A DNA stretch of 64,000 nt from Azolla caroliniana. Its lineage: Eukaryota; Plantae; Polypodiophyta. The notes beneath the pieces are model-generated. The model did no database searches. It was not told the DNA's origin and saw only the letters and a program-made list of their open reading frames with translations. The DNA lies in assembly GCA_043228905.1 (NCBI GenBank), contig JBHGNT010000005.1, positions 17,360,001 to 17,424,000 of the forward strand. Direction: 5' to 3'. Below, one piece after another: positions 1 to 11,700 of the stretch; positions within the stretch are counted from its first letter, which is position 1, and each line of letters starts with the position of its first letter. The translations under genes were made by a program, and so were the position numbers.

Positions 1-1276
1 GGACGGGCGGTGCTTGCCGATTCAACAGATTATACTCGCACCTATCCGTCGTATGGCTCTTGGATTGACAGATTACACATTGCGTCCTCATAGTGCATTC
101 TAGAGCCGAGTGTCCGGAATTCAAGCAGGTTGTGCACTGTATTGCTTGCCGAAACCGGAGGTCTTCATCGGACGGTAACGCCCGTTGAAGTGCTCCCAGT
201 GTGAGCCAGGAGCTTGTCTTTTCCATCTCTCTCACCCGGTCAATGACTTGGTCGATGGTACTTGTGCGGAAGTCGATTACCGTGCAAACCGTGCGTAGGG
301 GTTCTCGGAGCGCGTTTAGGAATATCGTCTGTAATTCCTCCTCCGGGGGTGTGCGGGCAAGCTAACTATGCATCCGTTGAAACCGGATGACAAATTGGGG
401 AATGCTCTCCCCTGCCTCTTGCCGGATGGTATAAAATAAGCCTACCATTACGGTCTGGTCCACCTCCTTTTGAAAAAAATGCAAGAATTTAGCTTTTAAA
501 TCTGCAAAGGTGTTGATGGTAGACGGGTCCTGCGTCCGGGGCCATCTTGCTGCCGGTCCCTCCAATGTGACGCCAAACTCTACTATCTTAGAGCATTCTT
601 CTTCCTCCGGTGTCAATCGCTGGGACACATGGTTGGCTTCTCATGTCTGTTCAAAGGCGTGCACATGAGCTTCTGCGTCCGGATCATCTCTATACTTGGA
701 GTACTGGAACGGCATGTCGTCGTCCGGTATTGGTGCGCGGGCTGGTAGTGTTGGTGCTCGTTCCGGAATTTTCTCCGGTGTCGGTGGTTTTTCTTCCTTT
801 GGTGACGGAGGCCTCTCCTCTTCGGCTTTCGGTGTCGGAGGTTGTTCTTCCTCTGCTGGTTCCGGGGGTTCCAGCGTTAGCACTTCCGGTTCCGGTTCCG
901 GTGTCGTTAAGGTATCTGATCCTTCGTCCTCCGGTCCGCCCGGGGTTTCGTTGCTGCTACAGTAGTTCATGTGCACGTTGTATTCCCCTTCGGAGTCCGA
1001 TTCATATGCTGAAAAGGCCTCTGCTTCGCCTTCTCCGTTTGCCAACGCGTGGAGAAGGGATTCGGTTTCCCGGAGGCTGCTTAGGCTGCTGCCGTCGTCC
1101 GGGTGCGATGTTTGCTGTAACCAGAGGGAGTCCTCTGCTACTCTCCGGATTACGTTGGAAAACGAGCGATCCGCTCTAATTTCTTGCGCCGCTTGCTAGA
1201 AAGCCTCGCGTCTCCTTTGCCTTTCGGCAAGGCGTAGAGTTCGATCTGTAACCAGGTCGTGCGTTGATCTAGACAT
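1..1276 (-). pseudogene. gypsy gag, disrupted by in-frame stops
   Basis: ORF fragments 969-1199, 641-1045 and 362-628 region match the intact gag (PFQYSKYRDDPDAEAHV, KIVEFGVTLEGPA). Stops at about 1197, 641 and 362. Confidence 0.85.
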
Positions 1277-1329
1277 CCATCCGTGCCGTCGTTCGCTGCA
1301 AAAACAGGAATCGTGGTCGCCAAAAACTG

Positions 1330-1763
1330 TGTTAACTCTTCGGGCCGGACAATGGCCTAACACAGGGTGTCTACGGGAGACACTTCACCAAAGGGTGTTA
1401 CGGCAACCGGATTAGACTTCAACGCTTAATCCGACTTAATTAAGTTACTTATTAGGATCATCTTTCATAACACGCGTAAGATATAACAATTAAGACAGAA
1501 CGACAATTAACACAGAGAGATAACAACGCTTAAGCTTTCATTAATTAACCGCTAACTATTACATTGTATTCGGGCCTTTAAATAGGTTTCCGGTTTGTAT
1601 TACAAAACGGTGCCATCCGCACCTGTTCGGGATCGGTCCGGATCCAGAACGGCATACCGTTTCCGGTTCGTCCGTCCACACTCATAGCTTAATTACAACC
1701 ACATTCCTACTACTTAATTAGCTCTCCGTTCCCCACTCTAGACTCCTTTGCCGGCCGGTAACA
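1330..1763 (-). repeat. 5' LTR (434 bp)
   Basis: TG...CA ends, TATTTAA on the minus strand, adjacent PBS. Confidence 0.85.
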
Positions 1764-2041
1764 CGGATACTATTTGGACACTGATCCGGCTCTGGCTTAT
1801 TCAGCCGATCCGGATCCGGTTGAGCTTGTTCGCTCAACACACACATACTCTCTCTCTCTCTCTCTCAGCAAATGCTACCATGACAATTAACAAACATATA
1901 GAAAGAGCTTTTTGAGAGCAAAATCAAATTTGAGTCTATACCAAAAGCTCATTAAGGGAGTTACATCAAGAACATAAAAATACGTCAGAAAAATCCATAT
2001 CCTAAAGTTTAGAAGTAGATTAAGGCATAATCTATAGCGTT

Positions 2042-2194
2042 TCAAGGCTCTACAATAGTAACCTCTACTTCCACTCCAGGTTCAATTGTCATGGAGGTAA
2101 TCTGTTTAACAACCTCGGAAGAACTATGGAGGTTAATTACCATTTTATGCACTCGGAGCTCAAACCTATCTAAAATGTTTGTTCCTTCACCACA

Positions 2195-2197
<3 letters not shown>
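2042..2197 (-). pseudogene. RPS20: 40S ribosomal protein S20 (uS10) C-terminal retrocopy fragment
   Basis: [48 protein letters not shown] matches the plant RPS20 C-terminus. Intronless and truncated at a (GA)n run. Confidence 0.85.
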
Positions 2198-2245
<48 letters not shown>

Positions 2246-2431
2246 GGCCTTAGAAGACGTTAATATATCTTTCTTTCTCTCTTGTAGGGAACATGAATCA
2301 TCGGAGAGAGCTTTCTCAACCCTAGAATTTCTCTTCAAGAATACTTGCTTCTAGGTGTCAAAATACAAAATCTATCCATGGAAATTCAATTTTTGTAATG
2401 TTACTACAACGCAAGCACAAAAACGACTTGA

Positions 2432-3079
2432 TCAAAGATAGGGTCTATATCGGATGGGCCTCCAAAACCTTGGCATCCTCCCATAACCATATGCATAGGA
2501 TGGCATAAAGGGCCTTCGCGCCCGATAGCCATAAGGATTTAAAGCACGCCCTCGAATTGTTTCATACCAAGGGATATTTTTCCTCTTAGTTGATACCTTT
2601 AGGGGACGGCCATGAAGTTCCAACTCGTTCAGCAGAACAACATTTTGAACAACTTCTTACTCTAGAAATTCTACATATGCATACCCTTTAGGTTGTCTGA
2701 ATTTATCTATCAAGATTGTCACACGATTTACAATACCACAAGATTGGAAGTGTTGTTGTACCTCCTCAGGCGTGCACAAGTAATCAACATTACCAACATA
2801 AACTGAGCGCGCATCAGCTTCTTCCTTGTTTTGCTGCAGAGCTGTGGCAGAGGCCGGGTCTTGTACCACACGCATATCTTTCTCTACTTTTGCTTGCGTG
2901 TCTCTCAAGGTAGCTACCTCCTCTTCCATTTCTTTCAGACGCCTCTTCATATCCTCTAGTTCCTTAGAAGCCACATCATCACCAATGCTATCTTCTTCCT
3001 TGGACATTCCTTCCATATGGATTTCCTTCAAGGTTGGTCTCCAAATCTCCTTCAACATCTTCAAGCATATCTCCACCAT
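2432..3079 (-). pseudogene. PABN: nuclear poly(A)-binding protein (PABN/PABPN1-like) processed pseudogene
   Basis: Coiled coil [18 protein letters not shown] (SVYVGNVDY...PKGYAYVEF*...LHGRPLKV) and R/P/Y-rich tail. Intronless, with an in-frame stop at 2657-2659. Confidence 0.88.
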
Positions 3080-3594
3080 AGACTTAAAGGTTAGGTTCGA
3101 AGGACCGGGTTAGGTTTACAGAGTTACAAGGCCCAGGTTAGGTCAAAAGGTTTGGGTTAGATGCTCATCTTCCATGATGCTAGAAAGGAATCTCGATGCA
3201 GTTCTTGACTTCTACAATTTGAGATCGCACAGAGATAGGAGCAGAGGCAAAGGAGGAGAGAGAAGGGGTTTTCTCTCTAGGGCCACCTTTCTTTCATTTC
3301 TTCACACATTCTCTCTCTCTCTCTCTCTTTCAAAGCTATTTGTAAGTTCACTCTGGCCATCGTTTTCTACGTTCTATAGCTCGTTGGAAAGCTATTTGAG
3401 AGAGCTCTCTAAAGAATGTTCATTTATTGAATTCCGTTATCGTGGCGAGAAGTTATGAGCATTTTCATCCGCAACCATCTTTGCCCCATGGTTCCTCAAA
3501 CGGAAGGTAGATTTTGAAGCCCTAAATCGAGTGAAAGGTACATTCTCTCTCCTTCCCTCTCTGTCTCTCTTTTCCCGTAGGGTTTGTCCCTACA

Positions 3595-4464
3595 ATGGCA
3601 AATACTCGTAAAACCGCCGCAAAGTTTGGGGGTATGATTGATAATGAGCCGAGATCACCAACAAATCTCGATTCTAATGCAATGGACCAAATGCTTATGA
3701 GTCACTTGATTTCTCTTCAAGAAACCATAAACAAGCAAGGTGAAGAGATTAGGACGTTAATGAAAGAGAATACTAAGCTCCAAAGTGTTGTCATTGAGAA
3801 TGAAAGTCTTAAACAAGTGGTTGCAAAACTTCAAGAAGAGATTCAAGAATGTAAAAGAGCTTCTTTTGAAACAAATGAGCGCCTTAACAAGATTGAGTTA
3901 AAGGAAGCATTAAAAGAAGAAAATTTGGACACGATGAGGCGGGATGTAAGTGAGATGAATAATGTATGTACAACAAAGTCATGGGATGATGTATGTGGTG
4001 GGGATGTGCTATCAAACTCATCTAATATGCATGTGATGCATCAAGAGAAGAATATAGAAAGCATAGATGTCCGAGAATTGAAAGAACTTGAACGACGATC
4101 AAAGAACATTGTCGTCCGTAGGATTAAAGAAGAGAGTATTGAAACACCCGCATCCCTTGGAAAGGCCATTAGTGAATTTTTTAGCATGCATTATGGGATG
4201 TCAGATGTGAATGTATATGGGGCACACCGAGTTGGGAAACATGGTGTTACTCGCTCCGGAGAAAGGCCTATTGTATGCACAATGACAGATGATACAAAGC
4301 GGCGGATCATACTCGAAAATAGTTTGGTATACCTCAAAGGTACACAATGCTTTGTGAGTGAAGATCGTACTATCTCACAACAAAATGCTCATCGTAAAGC
4401 ATATGAAGAAAGATTGAAAAACAAGGTTAAGGATGTGCCTAAAGATGGAAATGTAGGCAAATAG
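3595..4464 (+). CDS. LINE ORF1 (coiled coil plus RRM-like domain)
   Basis: 289-aa ORF with a heptad-rich N-terminal half, then RRSKNIVVRRIKE...HRVGK...RPIV...FVSEDRT. Lies directly upstream of the APE domain. Confidence 0.75.
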   Translation: MANTRKTAAKFGGMIDNEPRSPTNLDSNAMDQMLMSHLISLQETINKQGEEIRTLMKENTKLQSVVIENESLKQVVAKLQEEIQECKRASFETNERLNKIELKEALKEENLDTMRRDVSEMNNVCTTKSWDDVCGGDVLSNSSNMHVMHQEKNIESIDVRELKELERRSKNIVVRRIKEESIETPASLGKAISEFFSMHYGMSDVNVYGAHRVGKHGVTRSGERPIVCTMTDDTKRRIILENSLVYLKGTQCFVSEDRTISQQNAHRKAYEERLKNKVKDVPKDGNVGK

Positions 4465-4489
4465 GGACACGTGATCTATGAGACTAACC

Positions 4490-5570
4490 CACGCCTTTTA
4501 CGACTATGCTTTTGGAATTGCAATGGATACCCATAGAATGTGGGATTTGGCATAGAGGAGTTCACTGATGACTCGGATATCACACTTCTTGTTGAAACAT
4601 GGGAGCATGATACTCAAAGGATTCAAGATTTAGGAAACTATAATGTACACTCTTTGATATAGAAGAAAAATCCAAGACAAAGAAGAGGACAAGGAGGGGT
4701 GACATGTTTGATTAAGAAGAAAATAGAGAAATATGTGTCAATCATAAAAAATGATGAAAATAAATGCTACATATGGCTCAAAATAGAAACACCTAATGAT
4801 TTGCCCACTTTTGTAGTTGGATGTTACATTCCTCATCAAGATTCTAACTTTTATGCTTGTTTGGATAAAGATCAACCGTTTGCCAATCTAGAAGATGCTA
4901 TTGCTTATTTCAAATCCAAAGGGGAAGTTATTGTCTTTGGTGACATGAATGCTCGTACAAGAAGTTTCCAACTTGATTTACAAGAATCTTTCATGCCACA
5001 TATCTCAAGGATGCAAGAGGATATGCAAATGTATAACCGCTCTTCTAGCGATGAAAAAGATCCGGACCAATTTGGGAAGTTACTCCTACAATTGTGCAAT
5101 AGTACCGGATTGCTTATTGCAAATGGTATTTCCTTATGGCCCAACACTAATGGTTTTACATGTAGAAAACACAACGGAAATAGTGTGATTGACTATGTGC
5201 TACTTTTTGAAGGTATTTTGGATCGTATACATAAATTCTCACTTGGTGAATGGACACCGGAATCCGATCATAGGCCTTTATGTATTGATCTCAAATGTGT
5301 GCATAGGTTTGATTGTGAGAAGGCTATTGAAGATAATAAACAACTGCACTTGAGCATGAACCTTAAGCGAGCACCCATGTATTCCAAGATGGTTGAGGAT
5401 ATGTTACAAATGACAAAGATACAACATGGTGCCACACTAGAATGCAAATGGGAAGCTTTCAAGAAAGTCATTCTCTCATGTACAAACAAATGTTTTTCGA
5501 CCAACCGCACATCTTGGAAATGCACCAAGAAACTTAGGAAAAAATGGTTTGATAAAGAATGTCGTGAAGC
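4490..5570 (+). pseudogene. LINE ORF2 5' part: APE endonuclease
   Basis: FWNCNG, VETW, GGVTCLIK, GDMNART, IDYVL and SDHRPL motifs, with in-frame stops upstream of 4699. Confidence 0.85.
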
Positions 5571-7509
5571 AACAACAGGAGGACCCAAAACACAATCCAC
5601 TCAACGTCACACACCCAACGCCGACGCACCCACAGATCCACCCGCAACCACCATCGCCGACATACCCACGGATCCACCCACAACCACCATCGACTTTGTG
5701 CCGGATTCTCCACCAATGACGACCAATCTCAAGCACATCGTCGCCAACACTCAAACGACCGCTGTAAACAAGGAAGCTCCCTCTCCCCACACTCTTTCTT
5801 GTCAATTTATAAATAATGAAGTCCCACATGACATCGAACATCTATATAATGTGTGTCTTAAAAACCCCAAATCCCCACCTAAAAAAATCCCCCTACCATC
5901 TTGGATGCTACAACTAGATTTAGCCCCAACTAGCCCTAGTAGCACGCAAAGCATTCCCTCCCCCTCCCCCAAATCTCCCTTTAGTTCACTCATAGAAAAC
6001 TTAGAAGACCTTAAAATGGAAGGTTACAAAGAATTCATCACCAAACTCTCGCATGCAAAGAAGGTCATCTTCTTTCACAAGTTGTTTGATACCTTTAGCT
6101 CACCTCCCCTAGAATGGGGTGGTGGAGATCCCCTTTGCATGCCTACAATAACACAATCTCTTTTTGAACACACCCATGTGTCCTCTAGCGACCACCATAC
6201 CCACACAAACCCGCGTCCACAAGACAAAGGTAAAAGGAAAATAACAACCCCAAACACACAAGAAAAGGGAAAAACTAGCATAGAAAACTCAAACCTGCCC
6301 CTCGAGGCACAAAACTCTTTATAAAACTTACCTATTCTTATCCACTTTGACACCATTTGCCAAGGCTCCGTATTAGAATATAAAGAACTCTTGTCTAAAC
6401 GCCATAGAGCCCAAGATGTACTCCATAAATATGAAACCGATCTCAAGGAGAACTTCATCCCTAACTCCTTGCGCATTAACCCTCCTAGGGTAACGATAAA
6501 TAATGAAAACGCACAAAATATCCTCAATAAAAAACTAAACGATCTCACTGCAGAATATAGAAAAAATTGCACCTTAGCGTTAATAGAGGCCCAAAAAACC
6601 CTAGCTATTAGTTTTACTAAAACTATCAACAAGTTCCCCACCACGGTTGAGCAAAGACTCCAAGACATTGTATCAATGCTCTTGGATATCCCATTGCACA
6701 ACCTTGTCACATCACACCAATGGGATGAAAAACTCCAACATTGGAAAAATGAAACTTTTGCTAAATTTAATAGCCACATAGAGAAAGCCACCTTAGAATT
6801 TAGCATACAGATTTCCTTAGAAGCTAAAACTAAAGTGGCTAATAAATCAGCCCAGGACGTCATCATCTCGAAATCCATGACGATGGGCAAAGAGAAAACA
6901 ATAAATACTCTAATAGATGATGGGCTAAGAAAGATCAAGAATCAAGTAGACAATTACCTTAAACCGTTCCTAGAGAAAATTAATAAGGAAAACCCCAACA
7001 CACATCCAAAAAACACGGCTATGCCCCCGACAAAAAACGGGGGCATAAGGACACACAAAGCATCAAATTCATCCCCCACTGCCCCCACCTCCTTCTTAAG
7101 GACCTAGTCCTTTATCCCAAGTTATGGACAAAGCTATGCTTATCCTGTACCACCCACACATCCCATACCCCCCACGTACCCTATATTTGTCCCGATGAAT
7201 GTACCACCACCTACCTCCCTATCCCCACCTATGAAACAATCAATGTGTCACTTCGAGACCATCAAATCCGCCACATGGTCCTATCCTCAACCCTCGGTTC
7301 CTCGACCTCCAGTCCCTCGACCCCCAATTCCACGACCCACGCCTTACCCCCGGCCCCCAGTCAAACGACCTACTTCTCATCCCCGGCCCCCAGTCCCGCA
7401 ACACGCACCCAACACAAGCACCCCGGGACCGAAACTAAATCCTCTACCAAGAAAATATGTAGGGGTAGACTTAGAAAATTACATTGGCTCCTGCTTCTTC
7501 AACCGTTAA
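5571..7509 (+). pseudogene. PLE upstream ORF (P/T-rich, helical, P-rich), two in-frame stops
   Basis: The 3' half of ORF 4699-6324 and ORFs 6391-7107 and 7195-7509 share one frame, separated by single stop codons. Confidence 0.55.
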
Positions 7510-7577
7510 CCTACCTCCACATTTTATTGGGAAGGCAAACACCCTCCTAGCTCGAGAATAGGATCACTAATCACTCA

Positions 7578-9317
7578 TTGCACAACCTTTCCTCTTTCCA
7601 CCTTCCTCCACCCCAACTCAAACTTCTAAGATTAGGTCTAGACTTTATTCCCCCACCCCAACCTATTAGAAAACAACAATTGATAGATGTCGTTGTATCC
7701 TTGGATAGAACTTACTGCCTCAAATATTTCTTTAGAAACTCTACTAACATTATCTTTCCATTTAGAATACCGAACCCTAGTTGGAATCCCCCAGTTGTGC
7801 CAGAAATCACACAAACCATCACATCTATCACCTCTGCCCTCCCCTCCCCTCCCCACCCACCATCCAACCTCGCCCTCATAGGAACTTTAGAACTGCACTA
7901 CATAATCTCAAAAACAATCAAGACATAGTTATTAAACCCACAGATAAAAATCTAGGCACGTGCATTCTCTCTAAGGATTGGTACCTTAACGAATGCCTTA
8001 GACAGCTCAACAACAAAAACACTTACACCCCCGTCAAAGACGTCCCCCTAGAAACTCTCCACAGTCGACTTGAACACCTTTGTCTGAAAGCTTCCCCCCA
8101 CCTCTCCAAGGAGGAAATTAGATTCCTCCTTCAAAAACCCAAACATGGTTTCAGGATATGTTGTTTCTACATCATCCCCAAAATCCACAAGCCCATTGTT
8201 GTAGGACGCCCTATTTGCGCCTGCAACAATTATGTTTTCGAAAGAGCCTCTAAATGGCTACACCATCTACTACATCCTGTCTTATTGTCTAAAAAACAAC
8301 ACCTCAAAGACTCCTTAATACTTGTTAAGGACCTAGCACACCACACCTTGCCCAAAACTTGCACGTTGTTTTCTTTTGACATAGTGTCACTATATCCCAG
8401 TATACCTACCACGGAAGGTCTATTGGTTTTTAAAAAATCTATTTCACATCATTTCCCACCACACAAAACCAAAATCATTATGAGTGTCGTCGAACTTATA
8501 CTTAGAAACAATTTTCTCTCCTTTAATAATGCTTTTTGGTTACAAATTAAAGGCACCGCAATGGGTAGTAATTTTGTCGTTGTTTACGCTTGCTTGTTTC
8601 TTTCGCAACTAGAGGACGACAACCTAGCTTTCCAAACACCGCAACTACTCTACTACAAACGCTACATCGATGATGCCATAGGAGTTTGGGAAGGTTCCCC
8701 CGATACACTTCACACCTTCTTACACCAATACGGTGTGCCTCTACAACAACACATCTGTATTGAATCAACAACCTCCCCTAAAGAGATCACCATCCTGAAC
8801 GTCGTCTTCTTCAAAGGCCCATACTTTAAAGAATTCGGCATCCTCGACACCGCATGCCACCAAAAACCTCTCAATGCCTACATGTACCTCCCGTGGAAAT
8901 CCTCGCACCCCATAGCACACAAAAAGGGCTTCATCACGGGAGAACTAAAACGGTATGCTATTCGGGAGAGCTCAGAAAATGGCTACATGGAACTAGCGCA
9001 AAAAGTTCTACGACCGCCTAAGAGCTAGGGGCTACCCATCGAAGTTCCTACTCAAGTGTTTTTCGACTGTCCCTTACTCCATACGAAACCAACTACTCTC
9101 TAACCAACCCAACAACAAAAAACCTCCACCCATTGTTTTTAAGTTTCGTTACTCCCCATGTATCAAAAAACTCCAAATCGGAGCACTCATGAGAAACAAA
9201 CTTAAACCCCTTCTAGGACAACCACAATACAGTTCCCGTACACCCCCTCTCACGTGTTGGCTAAATGGTAAAAAACTAAGAAACCACCTAGTACACTCAT
9301 CCTTTCCCCCCACCTAA
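7578..9317 (+). pseudogene. Penelope-like reverse transcriptase, frameshifted
   Basis: HNLSS...LLRLGLDFIP, IKPTDKNLG, FYIIPKIHK...GRPI, DIVSLYPSIP, QIKGTAMGS, YKRYIDD, KP...YL...SSHP and RGYP motifs. Ends ...LRNHLVHSSFPPT* with no GIY-YIG. Confidence 0.85.
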
Positions 9318-9479
9318 TGTTTTATGTACTCTCACCCCTCTTAACCCCCACCTAAAGTCTTCTGTACACTCTTTTACCTTCCCTTTGTACACACTTTTGT
9401 ATGTCCCACATACAAAGGACTCTCCTCCCTCTCCCTATAAAAAGAGCAACCTAGTAGGCTTAGTTTTCATCATTTGTAC

Positions 9480-9525
9480 ATCGGGCACTGTAGAGCCTCC
9501 ATCGAGGCGAAATGCATTTGCTGAT
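9480..9525 (+). ncRNA. minimal type I hammerhead ribozyme motif (degenerate core)
   Basis: ATCGGGCA-CTGTAGA-GCCT-CCATCG-AGGC-GAAA-TGCA-TT-TGCTGAT gives stems I and II and a palindromic stem III. The core is CUGUAGA rather than CUGANGA. It lies 3' of a PLE RT. Confidence 0.7.
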
Positions 9526-9559
9526 CGTTGCCTTATGATAGTAAAACTTTCTTTCCTTC

Positions 9560-10130
9560 TATGTGTTACTCTTATCTAATTTTTTGTCTTAAGTTCTTAA
9601 GTACTTATGTAATAAATTTTTATTAAGTACTTGTTTAATCACTTTTTTATCAATTGTTTTTTTTTTGTCTTAAGTTTTTAAGTATTTATTTAATCATTTT
9701 CTATTAAGTACTTGTTTAATATTCATTTTTATTACGTACTTGTTTAACCCCTTTTTTTAAAGTACTTGTTCAATCATTTTTTGGTTTAACTTTTTGTTTA
9801 AACATTTGTTTAAGTATTCTCCTCTCTTAATCATAATCATTCTCTTCTTAGCCATGACCCCTTTTCTTTAACCATAATCCCTCCCTTCTCTTTTAATCAT
9901 AACCTTGCTTTAAGTGTTTGCCCAAGTGTTTTCTTATCTAAATATTTGTTTAAACATTCGTTTAAGTACTTTGTTTTAGCAACCCCTTCCCCCTTAATCA
10001 TAATCCCTTAACCATAATCATTTTTTAATCTCAATCTCTCTTTTCTATTTTTATTTTTATTTTTTTATAATAATCTTTCTTTTACGTGTTTGTTTAAGCG
10101 TGTGTTTAAACAACTCCCTTTCATCTAAGC
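9560..10130. repeat. AT-rich degenerate repeats (TTAAGTACTTGTTTAA, TTAATCATAATC) in the PLE 3' region
   Basis: Recurrent short motifs visible in the sequence. Confidence 0.5.
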
Positions 10131-10714
10131 GTGTGGTCCCGTTTTAATAATACTCTATATTGGTGTTTTAATAATACTTTATTGGTGTCTAATAACTTAA
10201 GTTATCCCAATGATCTTTAATATGTTCTAAAAACTTTGATTAGGTTTAAATACTTTTGATATCTTCAACAAGCTACACTCCCCTAACCCCCACCCACGCC
10301 CTCACTTTTCTATTCTTCTAAAACTATATCACTACTTATGTTTAGACATACAAATAAGATGGGTGAAAGCATGCGAGTGGAAACAATTAGCTATGTCCTT
10401 GACATAGCTAATTAGCTATGCAAAAAGCTACCATTGATAAATAGTCATTTTAGTAAAAAGCCATCATTAATAAATTAAGTATGCAAAAAACTACCATTGA
10501 AAATACTAGAGTGTTTTAATTACATATGTAAATGAGTGCCATAAATGTGTAACATAAATTGATGTGTGCACCATAAATGTGTACCATAAATTATATATCG
10601 AATTCCTAGGTCCATTATGCATGATCCTTTGCCACATCACGTAGGCCATCTCTAGTTGAGTACTGTGGGTTAGTTGCTACCACTGTTGCTAAACCCTATC
10701 GAGTCCACCTACCG

Positions 10715-11480
10715 CCACTCTACACTGAGGGGCCGCTACTGTGCGTTCCAAGCATCATCAAAGAGCTGCTCAATCTGACGGGGTTCTCTTCTCTGTGACA
10801 CTCTACACTCAGGGGCCACTACTGTGCATTCCAAGCATCATCAAAGAGCTGTTCAATCTGAGGGGGTTCTCTTCTCTGTGCCACTCTACACTCAGGGGCC
10901 ATTACTGTGCGTTCCAAGCATCATCAAAGAGTTGTTCAATCTGAGGGGGTTCTCTTCTCTGTGCCACTCTACACTCAGGGGCCGTTGCTGTGCGTTCCAA
11001 GCATCATCAAAGAGCTGTTCAATCTGACGGGGTTCTCTTCTCTTTGCCACTCTACACTCAGGGGTTGCTACTGTGCGTTCCAAGCATAATCAAAGAGCTA
11101 TTCAATCTGACGGGGTTCTCTTCTCTTTTCCACTCTCACTCAGGGGCCGCTACTGTGCGTTTCAAGCATCATTGGTAACTGTTCAATCTGACGGGGTTCT
11201 CTTCTCTTTTCCACTCTCACTCAGGGGCCGCTACTGTGCGTTTCAAGCATCATTGGTAACTGTTCAATCTGACGGGGTTCTCTTCTCTATGCCACTCTAT
11301 TCTCAAGTGCCTTCTATGTGCGTTTCAAGCATCATCGGTAACTGTTCAATCTGACGGGGTTCTCTCCTCCATTGCCATCATTCTATACTCAGTTGCCACT
11401 ACTGTCCAGTCCCGGATTGCTTCCACATTTCGATTTGACGGAATTCACTCATCCAACGGCAACATTCTACACTCAGTTGT
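10715..11480 (+). repeat. tandem repeat, 81-83-bp unit, about 8-9 copies decaying 3'
   Basis: The unit CCACTCTACACTCAGGGGCC...TTCAATCTGACGGGGTTCTCTTCTCT recurs at 83-bp spacing upstream of the transposase. Confidence 0.9.
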
Positions 11481-11700
11481 TGCCATTGGTCGGTCTTGGA
11501 TCGCCTCCTCAACTGTTGGATCCAACAGAGTGAAATCCTCTACTGTTCGGTCTTGGATTGCAATAACTTTTCTGTCTATTGATTATCTTGTGTATTGTTG
11601 TGTCTAATCTTGTGTATTGTGTGGAATATTTTTGTGTATTGTTGTTGCCCATAGCCATCTTTAATACTTGTTTTTTTTTATGGAAATTTAGGGTTTTAAC

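Larger units (their letters stand above)
1..1763 (-). mobile_element. Ty3/gypsy LTR retrotransposon, 5' part (LTR, PBS, degenerate gag); runs off the window edge
   Basis: LTR 1330-1763 (TGTT...AACA) resembles the LTRs at 37162/46541. PBS TGGCGACCAC at 1322-1313. Gag peptides are nearly identical to the 40673-46489 ORF. Confidence 0.9.

Noticed and set aside
4699-6324. 541-aa ORF as a single novel protein
   Set aside because: It is a chance in-frame fusion of the LINE endonuclease (to 5570) with the inserted PLE. The junction coincides with the TSD.
7450-7509. KYVGVDLENYIG as a GIY-YIG nuclease
   Set aside because: Spacing is short, a stop follows within a few codons, and no downstream Arg/Glu/Asn motifs are visible.
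10715-11480. CRISPR-like array
   Set aside because: Whole units repeat with no unique spacers, there are no cas genes, and the context is eukaryotic.
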